Positions 63,230-64,000 of a DNA stretch of 64,000 bases are shown here, piece by piece. The stretch spans positions 186,001 to 250,000 of the forward strand of contig NMRA01000379.1 of assembly GCA_002633005.1 (NCBI GenBank), written 5' to 3'. The position numbers and the translations under genes were made by a program. How positions within the stretch are numbered: position 1 is the stretch's first letter; each line of letters starts with the position of its first letter. Origin of the DNA: Phoronis australis (lineage: Eukaryota; Animalia; Phoronida). Below the pieces are notes generated by a model. That model searched no databases. It was not told where the DNA came from and was given only the letters and a program-made list of their open reading frames with translations.

Positions 63230-63990
63230 AGAATGCAGTGCTGCTGTTGCCACATTTCAACACTCTGTGTTGCTCTTGTTATTGTTTTTGAGTTTGTTTT
63301 TTGGCATCGCCCCTCTATCAACCAAACCATTCTAAGGATGGTTATGAAAATTGGCACGCATGTTCCTACTATGAAGAAGACGAGTGACGATTTAGGGACA
63401 ACTCTGAGTACTGTGGCGTCTTCTAGGCAAATAGGTTTCTGTTTAAATAAGCGGTGACGATTTGACATAATGCACGCCGCTTAGTTGCCATTTTTATTAC
63501 ATTCGAATCTCTTGTGACATCTATCTCTTTATTGGCCAAACCACTTACGAATCGTTACGAAAATTGGTATACATGTTCTTACTGGAAAGAGCATCACTGA
63601 CAGGGATTTTTAGACAATTTTGACGAATGTGGTGCTTCCTAATGGCAGTTCTGCTTTTGTCGCACCTACAGCTGTTAACTCCTAAACCCCTGCAGAATAT
63701 TAGTGAAATTTGACATTATTATGCATTTCTATGTCAATGCAAGACAACTTTTGGACTTATCTGACTATACCGCTATTCCACCTTAAAGCCAATTTTGTAT
63801 TTTACGATCTTAGCAGGTCTGTTCCTATTGAGGAGAGTGTTGCTGACTTGCTAGTATGTACCCCCTAACGGCTATTTTAAGTTTACTAGCAGTGTTTCAT
63901 TTAGTGGGAATGCTCGATATAGTAATCAACCCTTGTATCTGTTCTGTATGCGATGTTTGGGTCATATCAAAGCTCTGCATTGCTCGTGTT
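63230..63990 (+). mobile_element. HINE family H, degraded fragments
   Basis: 3' end motif near 63280 and again near 63990, with internal repeat units between them. Confidence 0.6.
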
Positions 63991-64000
63991 CACTGTCACT

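Overview
Eukaryotic, AT-rich, repeat-dense genomic DNA from a draft assembly (single Ns at 13821, 29885 and 32565; a ~400-N gap at 39833-40231). It looks like a marine invertebrate, plausibly an echinoderm, which is inference from intron sizes, the CpG mosaic and repeat types. The right half holds a + strand TM7SF3 orthologue. I reconstructed 10 coding exons by hand (36074-62352, all GT-AG, phases consistent, 479 codons); the terminal exon was not found in the window. The left half appears to be the long 5' intronic part of an unidentified, divergently transcribed - strand gene, with first coding exon MADVKEGSC at 30342-30315 and several CpG-rich candidate alternative promoters. Nearly all ORFs in the supplied track are spurious. 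The rest is transposon-derived: Helentron/DINE-1-like non-autonomous elements carrying arrays of CTCF-like motifs, hAT-like MITEs with 5- and 6-bp TSDs, a young 8-bp-TSD TIR element, Harbinger- and Tc1/pogo-like MITEs, a CR1/L2-type LINE fragment, tRNA-derived SINEs and minisatellites. The most notable items are a HIRAN-like cargo ORF in a TIR element, which can be rebuilt across a three-level nested insertion, a Penelope-type minimal hammerhead ribozyme motif, and the orientation-biased CTCF-motif-bearing elements. I found no well-supported novel multi-gene system.
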